From: Dudresnaya verticillata | Taxonomy: Eukaryota | DNA: 64,000 nucleotides | Assembly: GCA_977862235.1 (NCBI GenBank) | Contig: OZ374558.1 | Span: 434,001-498,000 of the forward strand | Direction of reading: 5' to 3' | Shown here: piece by piece, positions 9,729-21,697 of the stretch | Layout: the number at the start of each line of letters is the position of its first letter | Position numbering within the stretch: the stretch's first letter is position 1 | Translations under genes and position numbers: made by a program | The notes under the pieces: model-generated | Database searches by the model: none | Told to the model about the DNA's origin: nothing | Seen by the model: the letters and a program-made list of their open reading frames with translations, nothing else

Positions 9729-12700
9729 ATGACGGAGCCCCTAGACACCGTGGATACCAGTCGCTATCACATTGAGCGTCTTAACTCTACCAACTACTAC
9801 CGCTGGTCCCGCAAGGTCGAACTGGTTCTCCGCGGCAAAGGTCTTTGGACAATCGTCAGTGGTTCTGAACTCACACCCGAAGACCCTATCGAGCAGGCCA
9901 AGTACCTCCGCCGGCGCGATTCGGCGTTGAGCAACATTCTCCTCACCATTGGTGATTCCTGTAATGCTGCCGTCATTGACCTCCGAGACCCGACCGAAGT
10001 CTGGACACAACTACAGACTACCTACCAGGCTATCTCCGAAGCGTCAGTCGACACATACCTCGAGCAGTACCAGGTTCTCAAGATGAGGACCGACGAGAAA
10101 ATCGTCCAGTATGTCAACCGCCTTCGGGAACTCGAGAGCAAATTGTCCGGTGTCGGACACACTGTTTCCGAAAGCGACAAGAAGCGAGCCCTGCTTCGCG
10201 GCTTGACCGAGGACTACAGTGTTCCTGTACAAGTCATCCGTGCCATGAAACACGACCGTCAAGTTTCAATTGGCATGCTTGGCACTCACGAGATGTCATT
10301 GCCGCCTCGTGACACCGATATGTCCTCCGCGGAAGACTCCACCGCCCTTTCTGCTCAACATGCCAAGAAATGTACCCACTGCGGTCGAAAGGGGCATATC
10401 AAGTCGGAATGTTTCCACAACCCCGAGAGTCCGAGGTGTCGCCCCAACCCCACCCATCGGGGTAACCACGACACGTACAACACTCGTCGAACCCGTGGTT
10501 CGCATTCAAGGAGTTATGGAAGATCTCGTGACAAACGAAGCGACAAGGACGACACCTCTGAAGACGTAGGCTCGAGATACATCACCTTTATTGCTACATG
10601 CCTCACCTCTCGATCCGGCTCTGCGCTAAAGCTTAAGGACAAGTGGTTCCTCGATTCCGGGGCCACTTCAAACATGTGCAATAACGAAACGTTCTTCAAA
10701 GATCTAAGCTCAAATGGAACAGACGCCTCGGTTTCCGTCGGAGATGGAACCCAGACTCAAGTCAAAGGTGTAGGCACAGTTCGAGGTCGTGCGAAGTTTG
10801 ATGGCATGACCCAGTCCGTTCGTATGCAGGACACACTTTTCATCCCTGATCTCATGTGCAACCTCATCTCTGTGAGCAGGCTCCGCCGTGCCGGTTTCAG
10901 AATCCACTTTGACACTGATAACCAGGGAAACGGAATCTGTGTCGTTTCCCGTGCTGGCACTTCAGGAATCTTCCTCAAAGGAACCAAGCGGTCTGACGGG
11001 CTTTATGAAATCGACATGCTGCCTGAAGACCTCGCTCTACTCACGAAGGAAGAAGAACAAGACCTCTGGCATGCCCGTCTTGGACATGCGAGCAAAGGGA
11101 CCATTGAAAAGACTATCCCCATCGTCAACGGCATCTCGCTCAAGCATTGTACCAAGATTTCTATCTGCGAACCATGCCAGACCGGTAAGTCCACTCGCGA
11201 CTCCCGCCCGCCCTCGCGCTCTGACAATTTAAAACCCCTAGACCTTGTCCACGCAGATATCATCGGACCCGTGAGAGACCCTTCCCTACGGGTCTCGCTA
11301 CTGTATCCCATTGTCTGATGACGCTAGCGGGCTGTCTCTCGTTCGCTTCATGAAATCAAAGAAGCCGGCTGCCGAATGCATCAAGCATATGATTCTCGAA
11401 CTGGAGACAATCTTCCGTGGCAATGTCAAGCGCATTACCGTCCGCCGTCTTCGCACAGACAACGGTAAAGAATTCCTCTCCGGACCCTTCAAGAAATGGC
11501 TCGCCGACAAAGGTATCATCCATGAACGCAGTGCTCCGTACTCTCCGGAATCTAATGGAAAGGCCGAACGCCTCAACCGCACCCTCATGGACATGGCATG
11601 TACACTCTTACAGGAGGTTTCCCATCTCAAGTGTCATGACCGTTTATGGGCTGAAGCCATGCACACCGCGAACTACATCCGCAACCGGCTCTTCACGACT
11701 GCTTTCAACGACCCTAACAAGACGCCGTACGAAGTCATTGTTGGAGAGCGCCCTGATATTTCTCACTTTCGCGCTTTCGGCGCGGTCTCCTACGTGCATG
11801 TCCCGAAGCCACGGCGCTCTGGAAAGTTCTTTGCGCGTGCAAAGAAGGGGGTTCTGGTCGGCTATGATAGCGGGAACAGCTACAAGGTCTACATTCCGAC
11901 TGAGAACAAAGTAATCACCTCCCGAGATGTCACTTTCGATGAAACACAACGCTATGGTCAGTCTCGCTCTGATCGTCCCGCTACCTTCAAGTCTGGACGA
12001 CCCTCTAACGTTTCCTTCAACGTGGATGAGGATGATGATGACTGCCCTTCTCTGCTTGGCAGTGAAGACCACAGCGCCTCCGAGACAACGGATGACGATT
12101 CCAGTGATGAAACCGATTCTGACGACGACTCTGACGATTCTTCAGGCGACGACGAAGACAATTTCCATGATGCGCAGGATAATCCATCTCCCGCACACAA
12201 TCCGGACGATTTCACCCATTTTCCCAATGCCACGCGCTCCGGTCGCATCTCGAAGCCGCCTACGCGCTACACGGACCTCACCGCCATCGCTCTAAACGTC
12301 CGCCTCGGAAATAATGACAGTACTGTGCCAACGACATACAGTGAGGCTGTCAAGGGATCTCACGCACCTGAGTGGCAAGATGCCATGCAGAACGAGATCG
12401 ATGAGCTCAACCAAAATGGAACTTGGGTTCTCGAAGCACGACCATCCAGCATCCAGCCAGTCAAGAACAAGTGGGTCTACATGAACAAGTTCGATGCTGC
12501 AGGTCTTCTCACTCGTCGTCGGGCGCGTCTCGTGGCGAAAGGCTTTATGCAAAAACACGGCATTGACTACAACGAGACTTTCGCTCCTGTTGTAAGGTAC
12601 TCCACGCTGTGCTTCATTCTGGCTCTCGCAACTGATGAGGAGTTGGCTCTTCTGCAGTTGGATGTCAAGGCAGCCTTCCTGAACGGCGAACTCGATGAAA

Positions 12701-13911
12701 CCATCTACATGGAGCAACCAGAAGGATTTGTAGACCCTTCAAGATCTAAGTGGGTCTATCGTCTGCTCAAGGCCCTGTATGGTTTGAAACAAGCATCCCG
12801 GGCCTGGCATCGCGTCGTGGATAGGCTTCTTACCTCTTTGGGGTTTACCAAATCGAAATCCGATTCCACTCTCTACATCCTCCACATTCGCAACAAAACG
12901 ATTTACCTGCTTGTCTACGTCGATGACATGCTGCTTGCTGGTCCATCTCGCCGCGATCTTACCACAGTCGCCAACCGCATCGCCGCACATGTATCAATTC
13001 GAGTCGAAGATGATGTATCGAAGTTCCTGGGAATCATCATCGAACGCAATCTCCAGCTCAGCACGTTGAAGATCCACAGTGCCCTGATGATTGATCAGCT
13101 CACCGAGAAGTTTGGAATGTCACAGTGCCGTACAGCAGACGTCCCGATCCCTCTGGGGATGGTCTTAGATTCTCCACCTCTACTACAGTCTCGGGACGAG
13201 GGGGAGTACCGGCGCATGCAGTTCGTGCCATACCGCGAACTAGTCGGCGCATTACTTCACTTGGCCGACACGACCCGCCCCGACATCGCTTTCGCCACCT
13301 CTTTCCTTGCCCGGTTTATGCAGGATCCCCTGGTGATGCACTGGAAAGCGGCCAAACAGGTGTTGCGCTATCTGAAGAAGACAAGGGACCTAGGCATTGT
13401 GTATCATCGCGCCGCTAAACAGGGAACAACGCTCCTGGGCTACACTGACTACGATTTCGCAGCTGACCGCATCGAGCGCAAGTCAGTGAGTGGCTTCGTT
13501 TATCTCTTTTCTGGTGGAGCTATCTCTTGGCGATGTAAGAAACAGGATGTGGTAGCACAGTCTACAGTAGAGGCTGAGTATATCACCCTGTCCTATGCAG
13601 TTCGAGAAGCCATCTGGCTACGCCGGATGCTTGCCGAGTTTGACTGCACTTCGTCTAGTAGCATTGACGTGCTAATTCGGGGCGACAATCAGGGAGCCTT
13701 AGAGCTGGCGAAGAACGATGTATGCAACGACCGCTCCAAGCACATCGATGTCAAGTATCATTTTCTTCGAGACCATGTTCGCAATGGAACCATCAAGCTG
13801 CTGTACGTGCCTACGAACGAGATGGTTGCCGACATCATGACGAAGTCTCTCAACGCGAAGAAGCACACCCACTTTGTCCAAGGCATGGGCCTACGCGAAA
13901 CAGACGCTTGA
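9729..13911 (+). pseudogene. gag-pol: Copia gag-pol polyprotein, frameshifted in the integrase core near 11289
   Basis: CTHCGRKGHIKSEC knuckle; WFLDSGAT protease; WHARLGH...CEPC; HADIIGP | SDD...TDNGKEF...AERLNRTL; YVDD RT; RNase H YTDYDFA...ADIMTK. Confidence 0.93.
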
Positions 13912-13924
13912 GGACGAGGGGGAG

Positions 13925-14142
13925 TGTCAAAAGCAGTAACAACTGCAGTGCGTCCTCAATCGAGATGCACACGAATTTGGCCTTCACCAAATTCGGAGGT
14001 AACCAAATGTAGGAGTTACCCTTTGTAGTATTGAAGCTTTAGAGAGTTTGGCTACCCACGAGTAGTATAAGTTACCTCGCACATTGAAGTGAATAGAGGT
14101 AGACACAAGTAAACAACCAAGCCAACTTCTCAACTCTCAACA
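13925..14142 (+). repeat. Copia 3' LTR
   Basis: Direct repeat of 9439-9656, preceded by PPT 13910-13924. Confidence 0.95.
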
Positions 14143-15594
14143 AAACAATGCAGGTAGAATGTATGGGGTTTCGACAACTAGGCTTGTCCCTTTCTTGGAG
14201 AGAGAGAACCTTTGTATGTACAAGCACAATAGGGACGTTACCTCGTCCCGGAGGCTACAGGGCCAAGAGAGAGTGCAAGGCGACGGCGGTTGGTGGCTAA
14301 GACTGATGGCGTAGCAAATGAAATATAAACCGGAAAGTAAGCGCTTGGCTTTTATCAGACGGGATACTGCCGGTGCATTCGGCTGTATAGGAACCAATAC
14401 CCCCAAGAACTTGGCGAGCGCCAGGCCCCACAGCGCCATAAGTATCTTGCTATTCCTGAGTAAAGTTAATCTCTCTCTCTGTCTCTATCTCTCTCCATAG
14501 GTATCAACACCAATGGCATAGAAGTCCATCCCCTCAGCATCGGTAAGATCCCGACAGTGGACGTGTTTCGGGCGTTCAGCTAAGCCATGTCACCAGCACC
14601 AAATTTGCACGAGGAGGTGCGGGAGTAAATCTGTAGCAAAAGGAGCCGCAACAGTGAGATCGAATGCCTCAGACCTGGTACATGGGTTGAAAGTGTCCTT
14701 ACGACGACGACGAGGGAGCGGGAGATGAAGCCCAGCTCAGAGACCTAGTTTGCGAGTTCCAACGCATGATCGCAGAAAAGGGCTACTCGGAAAAGGCATG
14801 CATGTTCCGTTCTTTGGTTCGCAGTTGATGCAGAGGGAAGAGAAAAACGAACCAAGAGCTTTCGTTTGTTCCACCATTTACAACAACACTTGTTGTGCTG
14901 GTCTGCCTGGATAGGAAGGGCAGGTCCAATTGATAGCCCATATTACAGCAGACGAGTAGGCATCGAAAGGTGTCGGTGTCCGGAGAGGTATGGAGAAGCG
15001 AGGGGTGAATGATAAAGCAGATAGGGTACTCGGTCACGATGTACTCGGCCATGAGATACCTTGTCAAGGAGCGGGTGAGTGTCTGAGCTTTGCTTGTTGC
15101 TTTTCCATCTTCGCGTTTTTTCTGAGAATTCTGAGATGGACCGCTGCGGGCCACCGGTCCGCGGAGCAACTCGAGGCCTGTTTTTAGAAAAGCACTTTTC
15201 TCTCGCGGGCTTCCTTGGTTTTACTGACGGCAGCGTCGTGGCAAATGGCGGTAATTGCGTTCTGTGTGCTGAGATCCACACGACCGACATAGTCCATACG
15301 ACATGCACGCTGTGCGACGAGCGGTTCGTGGTTGGGGGAGTCCCCAGTCTGTTGCGATACACCCGCTCCTGGTTGTCCAGCTTCGGAAAAACGATCACCG
15401 CCACCCACCCCGTGCTCACGTTTGCTTTGCTCATTCCTCCTGTTTGTCTCCTCCAAGCATCCTATCGTCGGCCGTTTGGCTTTCCCATCTTACATTTGTT
15501 GTGAACTTGAGAGCCCTCGCCTCTTGCTCTCAAGTGAGCAGCAGCGATGAATAACTATCATGCTCCTCGATCATCGGGAAATTAATTCTCAGCA

Positions 15595-16611
15595 ATGAAC
15601 CTATCAGACCGTTTTCAAGTTCATTTCGACTCGGCTATGATGATTCTTGGAGAGGAGAACAAGGATTGCCTGCATCTACTAATGAAGATCCTGGGCACGG
15701 GGACTGCAAGCCAAACTGTTTCAGCCAGGATGACCAGGCAGTTTATTGAAAAGCTTTACATGGACAGAGATCGGCTTGAGGTTGTCAAAGCCGTTGCAGA
15801 ATTCATTTGGGACCCAAAAAGCAAGCGTCAAGGACTTCGAAGCTCTTTTGAAGCGTACTGTTGGGCTGTGCGATTGTACGAAAATGTTTTGGACTACCAG
15901 GAAGATAGAGATGCCAGCTTAAAGTTGGCTCATCTACAGGAAATAGGTTACTACGGGCAGTATGCAGAGTTAAGCATGGCCGCAAACATTTACAGCAGAA
16001 TCATTCGCGAGGGTCAGGATTTCGATGGCTCAATCATGTGCCATTTCGGGAAAATGCTTCTGGAGAAGTCTCGGCCGCACGTTGATGTTACTACGGAAGT
16101 TAGAGACTTGTACAGGAGAGCTGTAGAAGAAAGAGGAAACCTGGAAGCATGTTATCGCCTTGCTTGCTTGATTCAGGATCGGCCAAGAAGCACTGATGAA
16201 GAGAAGGAGAACGCAAAAGGGCTTCTAGAACGTGTTGTTAGTGCTGCGAAAACCCGTGGTGGGGGAGGTACGAGTAGCTTCATTTCTGACACAAAGTACC
16301 GTTTGGCTGAGTTTCTATTCCGGGCCGATAAGAAGGCAGCCGTTTCGCTTCTGCAAGAATCATTCGCCAAGGAGCACCATGTCAAGGCAAAGCTGAGATT
16401 GGCAAATCTTCTGAGTGAAGGCTGTGTGGAGGTTGAAAAGGATGAGGCGCGAGCTACTGCCCTTTGCAAGCAGGTCCTGGAGACAGAAAGGAACGCGGAA
16501 GCACTGTTCATTCTGGGGTTCTTAGAGAAGAACATCAAAACTGCATCAACGTTCATTGTTGCCGGTCTTCTTGATGATCACAACCATGAAGCGGTTGTGT
16601 CCCTAGCTTAA
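15595..16611 (+). CDS. Sel1/TPR-like alpha-helical repeat protein, possibly C-terminally truncated
   Basis: Repeated motifs (EACYRLA, KAKLRLANLLSEGCVEVEKDEARATAL, EALFILG). Downstream ORF fragments to ~17319 suggest a decayed 3' part. Confidence 0.6.
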   Translation: MNLSDRFQVHFDSAMMILGEENKDCLHLLMKILGTGTASQTVSARMTRQFIEKLYMDRDRLEVVKAVAEFIWDPKSKRQGLRSSFEAYCWAVRLYENVLDYQEDRDASLKLAHLQEIGYYGQYAELSMAANIYSRIIREGQDFDGSIMCHFGKMLLEKSRPHVDVTTEVRDLYRRAVEERGNLEACYRLACLIQDRPRSTDEEKENAKGLLERVVSAAKTRGGGGTSSFISDTKYRLAEFLFRADKKAAVSLLQESFAKEHHVKAKLRLANLLSEGCVEVEKDEARATALCKQVLETERNAEALFILGFLEKNIKTASTFIVAGLLDDHNHEAVVSLA

Positions 16612-17707
16612 ATGTTCTCAGTACGACAAGAGAGTATGGGAGCAACGAGTGCACTACAAGACGACGTACACGCCGGGAAACGACAAGGTTCGGAAGGAAA
16701 TGGACACTCTCAGCTCAAGAAGAGCAGAATGAATTGATGCAAGATTTGATACATACATCTTGGGGACTACTGATATGACAGGGAAAGCAAGAGTTTATTG
16801 TCATAGTGCTGTACTGATTTCAAACATGGACAAGGTTAGAATGCCTATTCTGATATGCTATCTGGACCTGTGCTGGGAAGGCCGTTACGCAATAGCTCTA
16901 GAAATGTGTCCAAGGCGCACCTGTCTGCACAAACCAGAATCATCTCGAACGGGGAATCGTGACACGCGCAATGTTATTTCGGAGAAGACCGATGTCCACG
17001 TGGAGGTGAGACTGTTACAGACGAGAGATGTGGCCCTTAATCTGGTTGTCAATGTTGAAGACCTTGCAATAGTACTACAATGCAATATTTGGCCATTTCC
17101 AATGTTCCAACCTGCCATGCAGGCGAGGATGCAGACGGCGTTGCGCTCTACGATGATGGAAGCGACTTGCTAGAAGCAATGAGTACACGAGGTGCTTCGA
17201 GACTCATTGAGTCGCGTCGCTCTCGCGTCAGCGATACTTTTGAAGTGCTGCCGGACCTTTTTCAAACACCTGTCCTTTGTGTGTGTGGCAAGAGGCAGAA
17301 GCGGGTAGCCCTCTTCTAGGGCGGAGATGAGGCCTAAGTAACGAGTAACCTCGGTGGCTGCTGCTAGGCCGAGAGTCCTAGCGGGATAGACTTTCATCCC
17401 GTCGACGAGTGCTGATGCGAGAGATGCGGGACTACTGTATTAACGGGGCAAGCGGTCGCCATGACCCCCCCATTCCAGTAATGTTGGGACGTGTCTTGAG
17501 GTCACTGTGATTGTCTTGGGGTTCGACGACAGAGCGTGTGACACGACAGGTGTCGAGCGGCGTCGAGGAGTCCGGCACTCTGCCACTCTGCCACCTGCTG
17601 CTGGCACGGGATCTAGTCGGTTGGGCGTGTGACTGATATGAGCCTTAGTCGCCCGTGCAATTGCGCATGTTAGAGACTCAATAAATTCCAACATCACGAT
17701 GGAGTCA

Positions 17708-19492
17708 TTAGCTCTGTTTCCTTTGATCTTGGGCAGAGCTGCCCTGCATAGAAATCCATGCCTCTAGCTGAGCCTTGACTGTTCCAGCATCAATCGTGGG
17801 GTGAACTCCTTCGAACTGTTCCACGGCCTTGACCGCTTCCTCAAGCTTTCTCGCCATCTTGTCTCCGAAAGCACGATACTTGAACACTTTTTTTTCTGGC
17901 TTCTCAAGGAAAATGAACTGCAAAGCAGGCATATTTTCCCAAACCAGCTCCAGGAACTTTGGCAGCCGCCTAATGAAACGAGGGTTCCACTCACAGGAGA
18001 AATACCCCACTTGGTAGTTTGCAATATTTTGTGGTGGCTTCATGTGGATGACGCGAAGGTTGCCACAGGCGGCGAGAAACTCCATGAATTCCTCTGTACC
18101 GGTTGAAGTCCATTCAATGATTTCGCTGGGCACTTCGAGAATGGAAATGCTTCTCGCCTTCGACAGAATTGCAGTAATCACCGTGAAGGCCCTCTGCGGA
18201 CTCGTCAGCATGTGCGAAATGTTCAGTCCAAAGCGAATTTCCAAGCGCCGGATATTCTCAGACCCTTGACCAATTACGCCCAGGGCTGTGTTCTGGAGCG
18301 TCTCGGAGCAGTTCAAAAACGTGGTCATCGTTGCAGACGTATCGATCTGCAAGACGTAAGCATCGCGAACTTCACTAAGGCATGCCTCCGCTTGTCCGCT
18401 CCTGACCTTCGTCATGATTGTCTGCAAAGAAATCGAACGATTCTTGCAAGACTTGACTCCGCTACTGAGCGAAGGAATTGTAGTGACCCTTCCGTCGGCT
18501 GTCTCAAATTCAAACTCAGTAGCATAATCGAAGAAAGACGAATCCTCGGCAAGCTTACATTTCATCCGCTGCAAAAAGTTGTCCAGATACTCATCGTTCT
18601 CATTGGTGAAGATCTTGAAGTGCTCCAACCCGTCAAGATCTTTGCGAGCAAACTCTTCCAAGTATATCAGGAAATGTTGCACGGCAGCGCTTGACAAAGA
18701 GCGACACCATGGTGATATGATTCCTCCTCCCATATCTGCCAAGTCGAGGCCAACAAAGATACGCTTTACGGTCACACCGCGCCCGCTTCGACGCTTTATC
18801 CAGTTCCTCAGACGCAGCATTCCTCCCACCTCCTGGAGTAGACCCGAGGGTACCCTGCGAAGCACGATGTGTTCCAAAGCATTCATACCTTTACCAATCT
18901 CATGAATCAGTTCCCGGCCGGGAGACCGGACCTCAAGCTTGACGAGATTCATTGCTTGAGATAGCTGCTTTGCGACACTGGCGTTCACCCTGCCGCCGTC
19001 GACAAACGCCAGTTCCTTGACGCCGCTGAAAATGCAGGGCACGGAAGACAATATGTCTGTAAGACGATCTGCGTCAAGATTCACAGGAAGCCTGAAGATT
19101 CTCAACGATGTACCGGCAACCTTCTCAATGTGTTGAAACTGCTCGGCGGACGGGAACGGGACGGGATGGGATGGGGGGTCTTCGAGTGTGGCGGGCTGAA
19201 TGGTATCAATGACCTGCCAAGCGGTGCTGTATATGCGCTTGGCGACTTCCAGAAGTTGAGTGCTTGTTGCAGCTAGGGCGAAAGAATCGACGAAATCTCT
19301 GAGGGTTCGGCGGTTGAGAACTTCGCAAGGCGGGTGTAGACGCTCGAAGATGTCCTGAATACTGTCATTGGGAAGGTCGAGAATGGTGGTCTGCCTGGGT
19401 GTTACCTTGTCACTGGAAAGGGCAGGACGGTTGCTGTAGCGGATGCGCTTGGCTTCGGGTGGATCTGTTTCGGGAAGCGTTCGGGCGGTCAT
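17708..19492 (-). CDS. F-box-like N-terminus plus LRR-like protein (594 aa)
   Basis: Intact ATG ORF. ILDLPNDSIQDIFERL resembles an F-box and is followed by LxxLxL-type repeats. Confidence 0.65.
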   Translation of the reverse strand: MTARTLPETDPPEAKRIRYSNRPALSSDKVTPRQTTILDLPNDSIQDIFERLHPPCEVLNRRTLRDFVDSFALAATSTQLLEVAKRIYSTAWQVIDTIQPATLEDPPSHPVPFPSAEQFQHIEKVAGTSLRIFRLPVNLDADRLTDILSSVPCIFSGVKELAFVDGGRVNASVAKQLSQAMNLVKLEVRSPGRELIHEIGKGMNALEHIVLRRVPSGLLQEVGGMLRLRNWIKRRSGRGVTVKRIFVGLDLADMGGGIISPWCRSLSSAAVQHFLIYLEEFARKDLDGLEHFKIFTNENDEYLDNFLQRMKCKLAEDSSFFDYATEFEFETADGRVTTIPSLSSGVKSCKNRSISLQTIMTKVRSGQAEACLSEVRDAYVLQIDTSATMTTFLNCSETLQNTALGVIGQGSENIRRLEIRFGLNISHMLTSPQRAFTVITAILSKARSISILEVPSEIIEWTSTGTEEFMEFLAACGNLRVIHMKPPQNIANYQVGYFSCEWNPRFIRRLPKFLELVWENMPALQFIFLEKPEKKVFKYRAFGDKMARKLEEAVKAVEQFEGVHPTIDAGTVKAQLEAWISMQGSSAQDQRKQS

Positions 19493-20266
19493 TGCGGGCT
19501 TTGGAGAAGAAGAAGAAGGGAGGAAAGGCCTTGTTCGTCGTAGCTGGGAAAAGTGTAGGATGACCTACGTCGTTAGTTGAACGCCGCTACTCCATTCAAC
19601 TGCGGTGCTGCTGATCTCATTCTGAGAGACTGCACAGAAACTGTTCCGGAAGACCTGGCAGACCGAGAGCTCTCTTTGCCACGATCAGAGTTGGCGCGAA
19701 GCAAAATGGGTAGTTGCCCGACGACGTCGGGCGGGAATGTCAGGCAGCAGAGTGACCAATCACAGCGCCGAAACGCGGTGATTCTTGACGAAAGCCAATC
19801 GGCTGCCTCGAAGCAACAGCCCCACGTCATCCTGAGGTGTGCGCGATTTTAATAAAAAACACAATTTTCACTTGAACGAGTTTTTGCATGACAGGCAGTG
19901 GCTGTGAGTGGCGTCGAGTACGGTGCCCCTCCTAGCAGCTTTGAGGATGCCTCTCCCTCAGAAACAGATCCAAGCGCCCCCATCTTCGCACTAAGCTTTT
20001 GGAGATGAGCAGTGAGAAAGATGCACTTCTCCATTTACTCTTGACGCCAGTGTGGACTAATTTGAAGAATAAGGCACGGGACAGCGCGAATTTCCATCTC
20101 GTTCTGACAATAGTCAAGCTGCTCTGTCTTGAAACTATTATTAATATCGAGGAAGGATGGCCTCAATGTCAATACTGCACCTTTGCCAATCCGTCAATGC
20201 TTTACTTCTGTACTCTGTGGATGTTCCTAGCATAGTTACAAAAATGAACATACATGGAATTAACAA

Positions 20267-20895
20267 TGCACTCGAACAGCGCAGGTCTCCTCTCCTGCGC
20301 TAGAAGATCGTGCAACAGAGCTCCTGCGCTGCGCTACAACGTCTCGCCGGCTTAGCAGCGCTTCCTGCCTCCTGGCATGCCCAAAGAACGCTTTCTACCT
20401 TCCAGGCCACGCCGCGTATTGCTTGCTGGGATGCATCCCAACAATCCCGAACGCGGCGAGAAATCCGCGACTTGCTGCTACAGGAATGGCGTGCGGCGAT
20501 ATCTGGTCGACGTCCTGCCCCGGTGTACAAATCGCATCGATTACCACCAGCCCTGGAGCTACCAAACCACAGCGACAGGAAACTAGCAATCCGTTGGCAC
20601 CTGCGGACGTTCCCTATCCCGCTGCCCTGCCCAATTGCCCGCGAGGAAGTTCGACCCCTCGCCCAATCTCTCCAAGCCCTGTCGCTCCCAGAATCACTCG
20701 TCGCTGATCTCTGCGCAGCCTCCGACACAATCTCATCTATCCGGGATGCCTGCAGCCACGAGTTTCCCCTGTCTACTGGGAAGTATCCCACTCACAACCC
20801 AGTCGGTCCCCACGTAACTGATCCCTTTCCGAAGGATAGCCCCACCCCCTTTACCGATGATAGGATACTTTTAATGGACGTGATTAAGAATAACC
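20267..20895 (+). mobile_element. probable 5'-truncated LINE 3' end
   Basis: ORF resembling a LINE ORF2 C-terminus (RKLAIRWHL...PCP), flanked by TTAACAA direct repeats (20260-20266, 20896-20902). Confidence 0.35.
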
Positions 20896-21147
20896 TTAAC
20901 AACTGTTGTCTTACCTTACCGGTGTGCTTGCCCATGAGCCATCGCCGCCCGCACAAGACCACCCTAAACAACCATTAAAACCAAACATCACAGGTGGCTT
21001 CACGTTCGCACGGGATCACTCTTTGAAGAGAAGGAACGTTCGGTGGGTACAAGCATAAATTGGGTTCCGGTTCAATCTGAAGCAGAAAGACGGATTCTAG
21101 ATACGCATCAGGTGCTTGGCGCTGTTGATGGCCATTGACGCCCGAAC

Positions 21148-21531
21148 CTAGAGCGCATGGCTGCACGAGGTTGGAATATTGGAGCAATGGCACTTTGGCT
21201 TATCACCGGTCTTAGCGCGACAGAAGCAGCTACCACCTATGCTCTTGCACGTGGCCTTGCACCGAGCAGCACTGTAGCAGGATTTGGAGCCACCCGTGGT
21301 GATGATGCAGCACTTCTTGAACAGGCCCTTCTTGGTGGAAGACGCAGTGACGCGTGCCACACTATTGAGGCATTTCGAGCCGTAGCGGCCTGCACCACAT
21401 ACACTTACACAACCGCGGACGGGGTTGGAGCACGTCATTGAGGCGTGGTATCTCTTCCAGGCTTGTATCTGAGAGACGCACAGCGAAAGCGTCAGGAAGA
21501 GTGCGATTGTTTTGCTGAGAGAAAAGGACAT
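21148..21531 (-). CDS. small secreted cationic cysteine-rich protein (127 aa, 14 Cys after signal peptide)
   Basis: Hydrophobic signal peptide ending IQA, and TATAAA on the minus strand at 21648-21653. Confidence 0.75.
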   Translation of the reverse strand: MSFSLSKTIALFLTLSLCVSQIQAWKRYHASMTCSNPVRGCVSVCGAGRYGSKCLNSVARVTASSTKKGLFKKCCIITTGGSKSCYSAARCKATCKSIGGSCFCRAKTGDKPKCHCSNIPTSCSHAL

Positions 21532-21679
21532 CTTGAGGTGTGTCAGATGCTAGTTGTAGAGACTTGGAGATGGGCCGTTGGATTGATTTCGACTGTTTCG
21601 GTGTTGTCGTTTTGAAAAAGGAGAGATCGATTACACCTGTCCCGGCATTTATACCATTCCATAGTCGGAGCATGAGCAA

Positions 21680-21697
21680 TAAAGTTGTGATGATGAT
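21680..21697 (+). mobile_element. micro-insertion of CRE-like family A 3' tail
   Basis: TAAAGTTGTGATGATGAT (same as the 3' end of 23808-25567) between 12-bp TSDs GAGCATGAGCAA at 21668-21679 and 21698-21709. Confidence 0.8.

Larger units (their letters stand above)
9439..14142 (+). mobile_element. full-length Ty1/Copia LTR retrotransposon, copy 1
   Basis: 218-bp LTRs 9439-9656 and 13925-14142, PBS GGTTATGGGC, PPT GAGGACGAGGGGGAG, domain order gag-PR-IN-RT-RH, flanked by AAAC/AAAC. Confidence 0.97.
7718..21212 (+). repeat. segmental duplication copy 1
   Basis: 7718-8364 matches 23025-23671. 8365-21212 matches 26994-39840 (offset 18628-18629) with scattered SNPs. Confidence 0.95.

Noticed and set aside
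14147..14500. Possible non-LTR 3' end with AGTAAA plus (CT)n tail flanking the Copia
   Set aside because: No coding similarity or TSD found.
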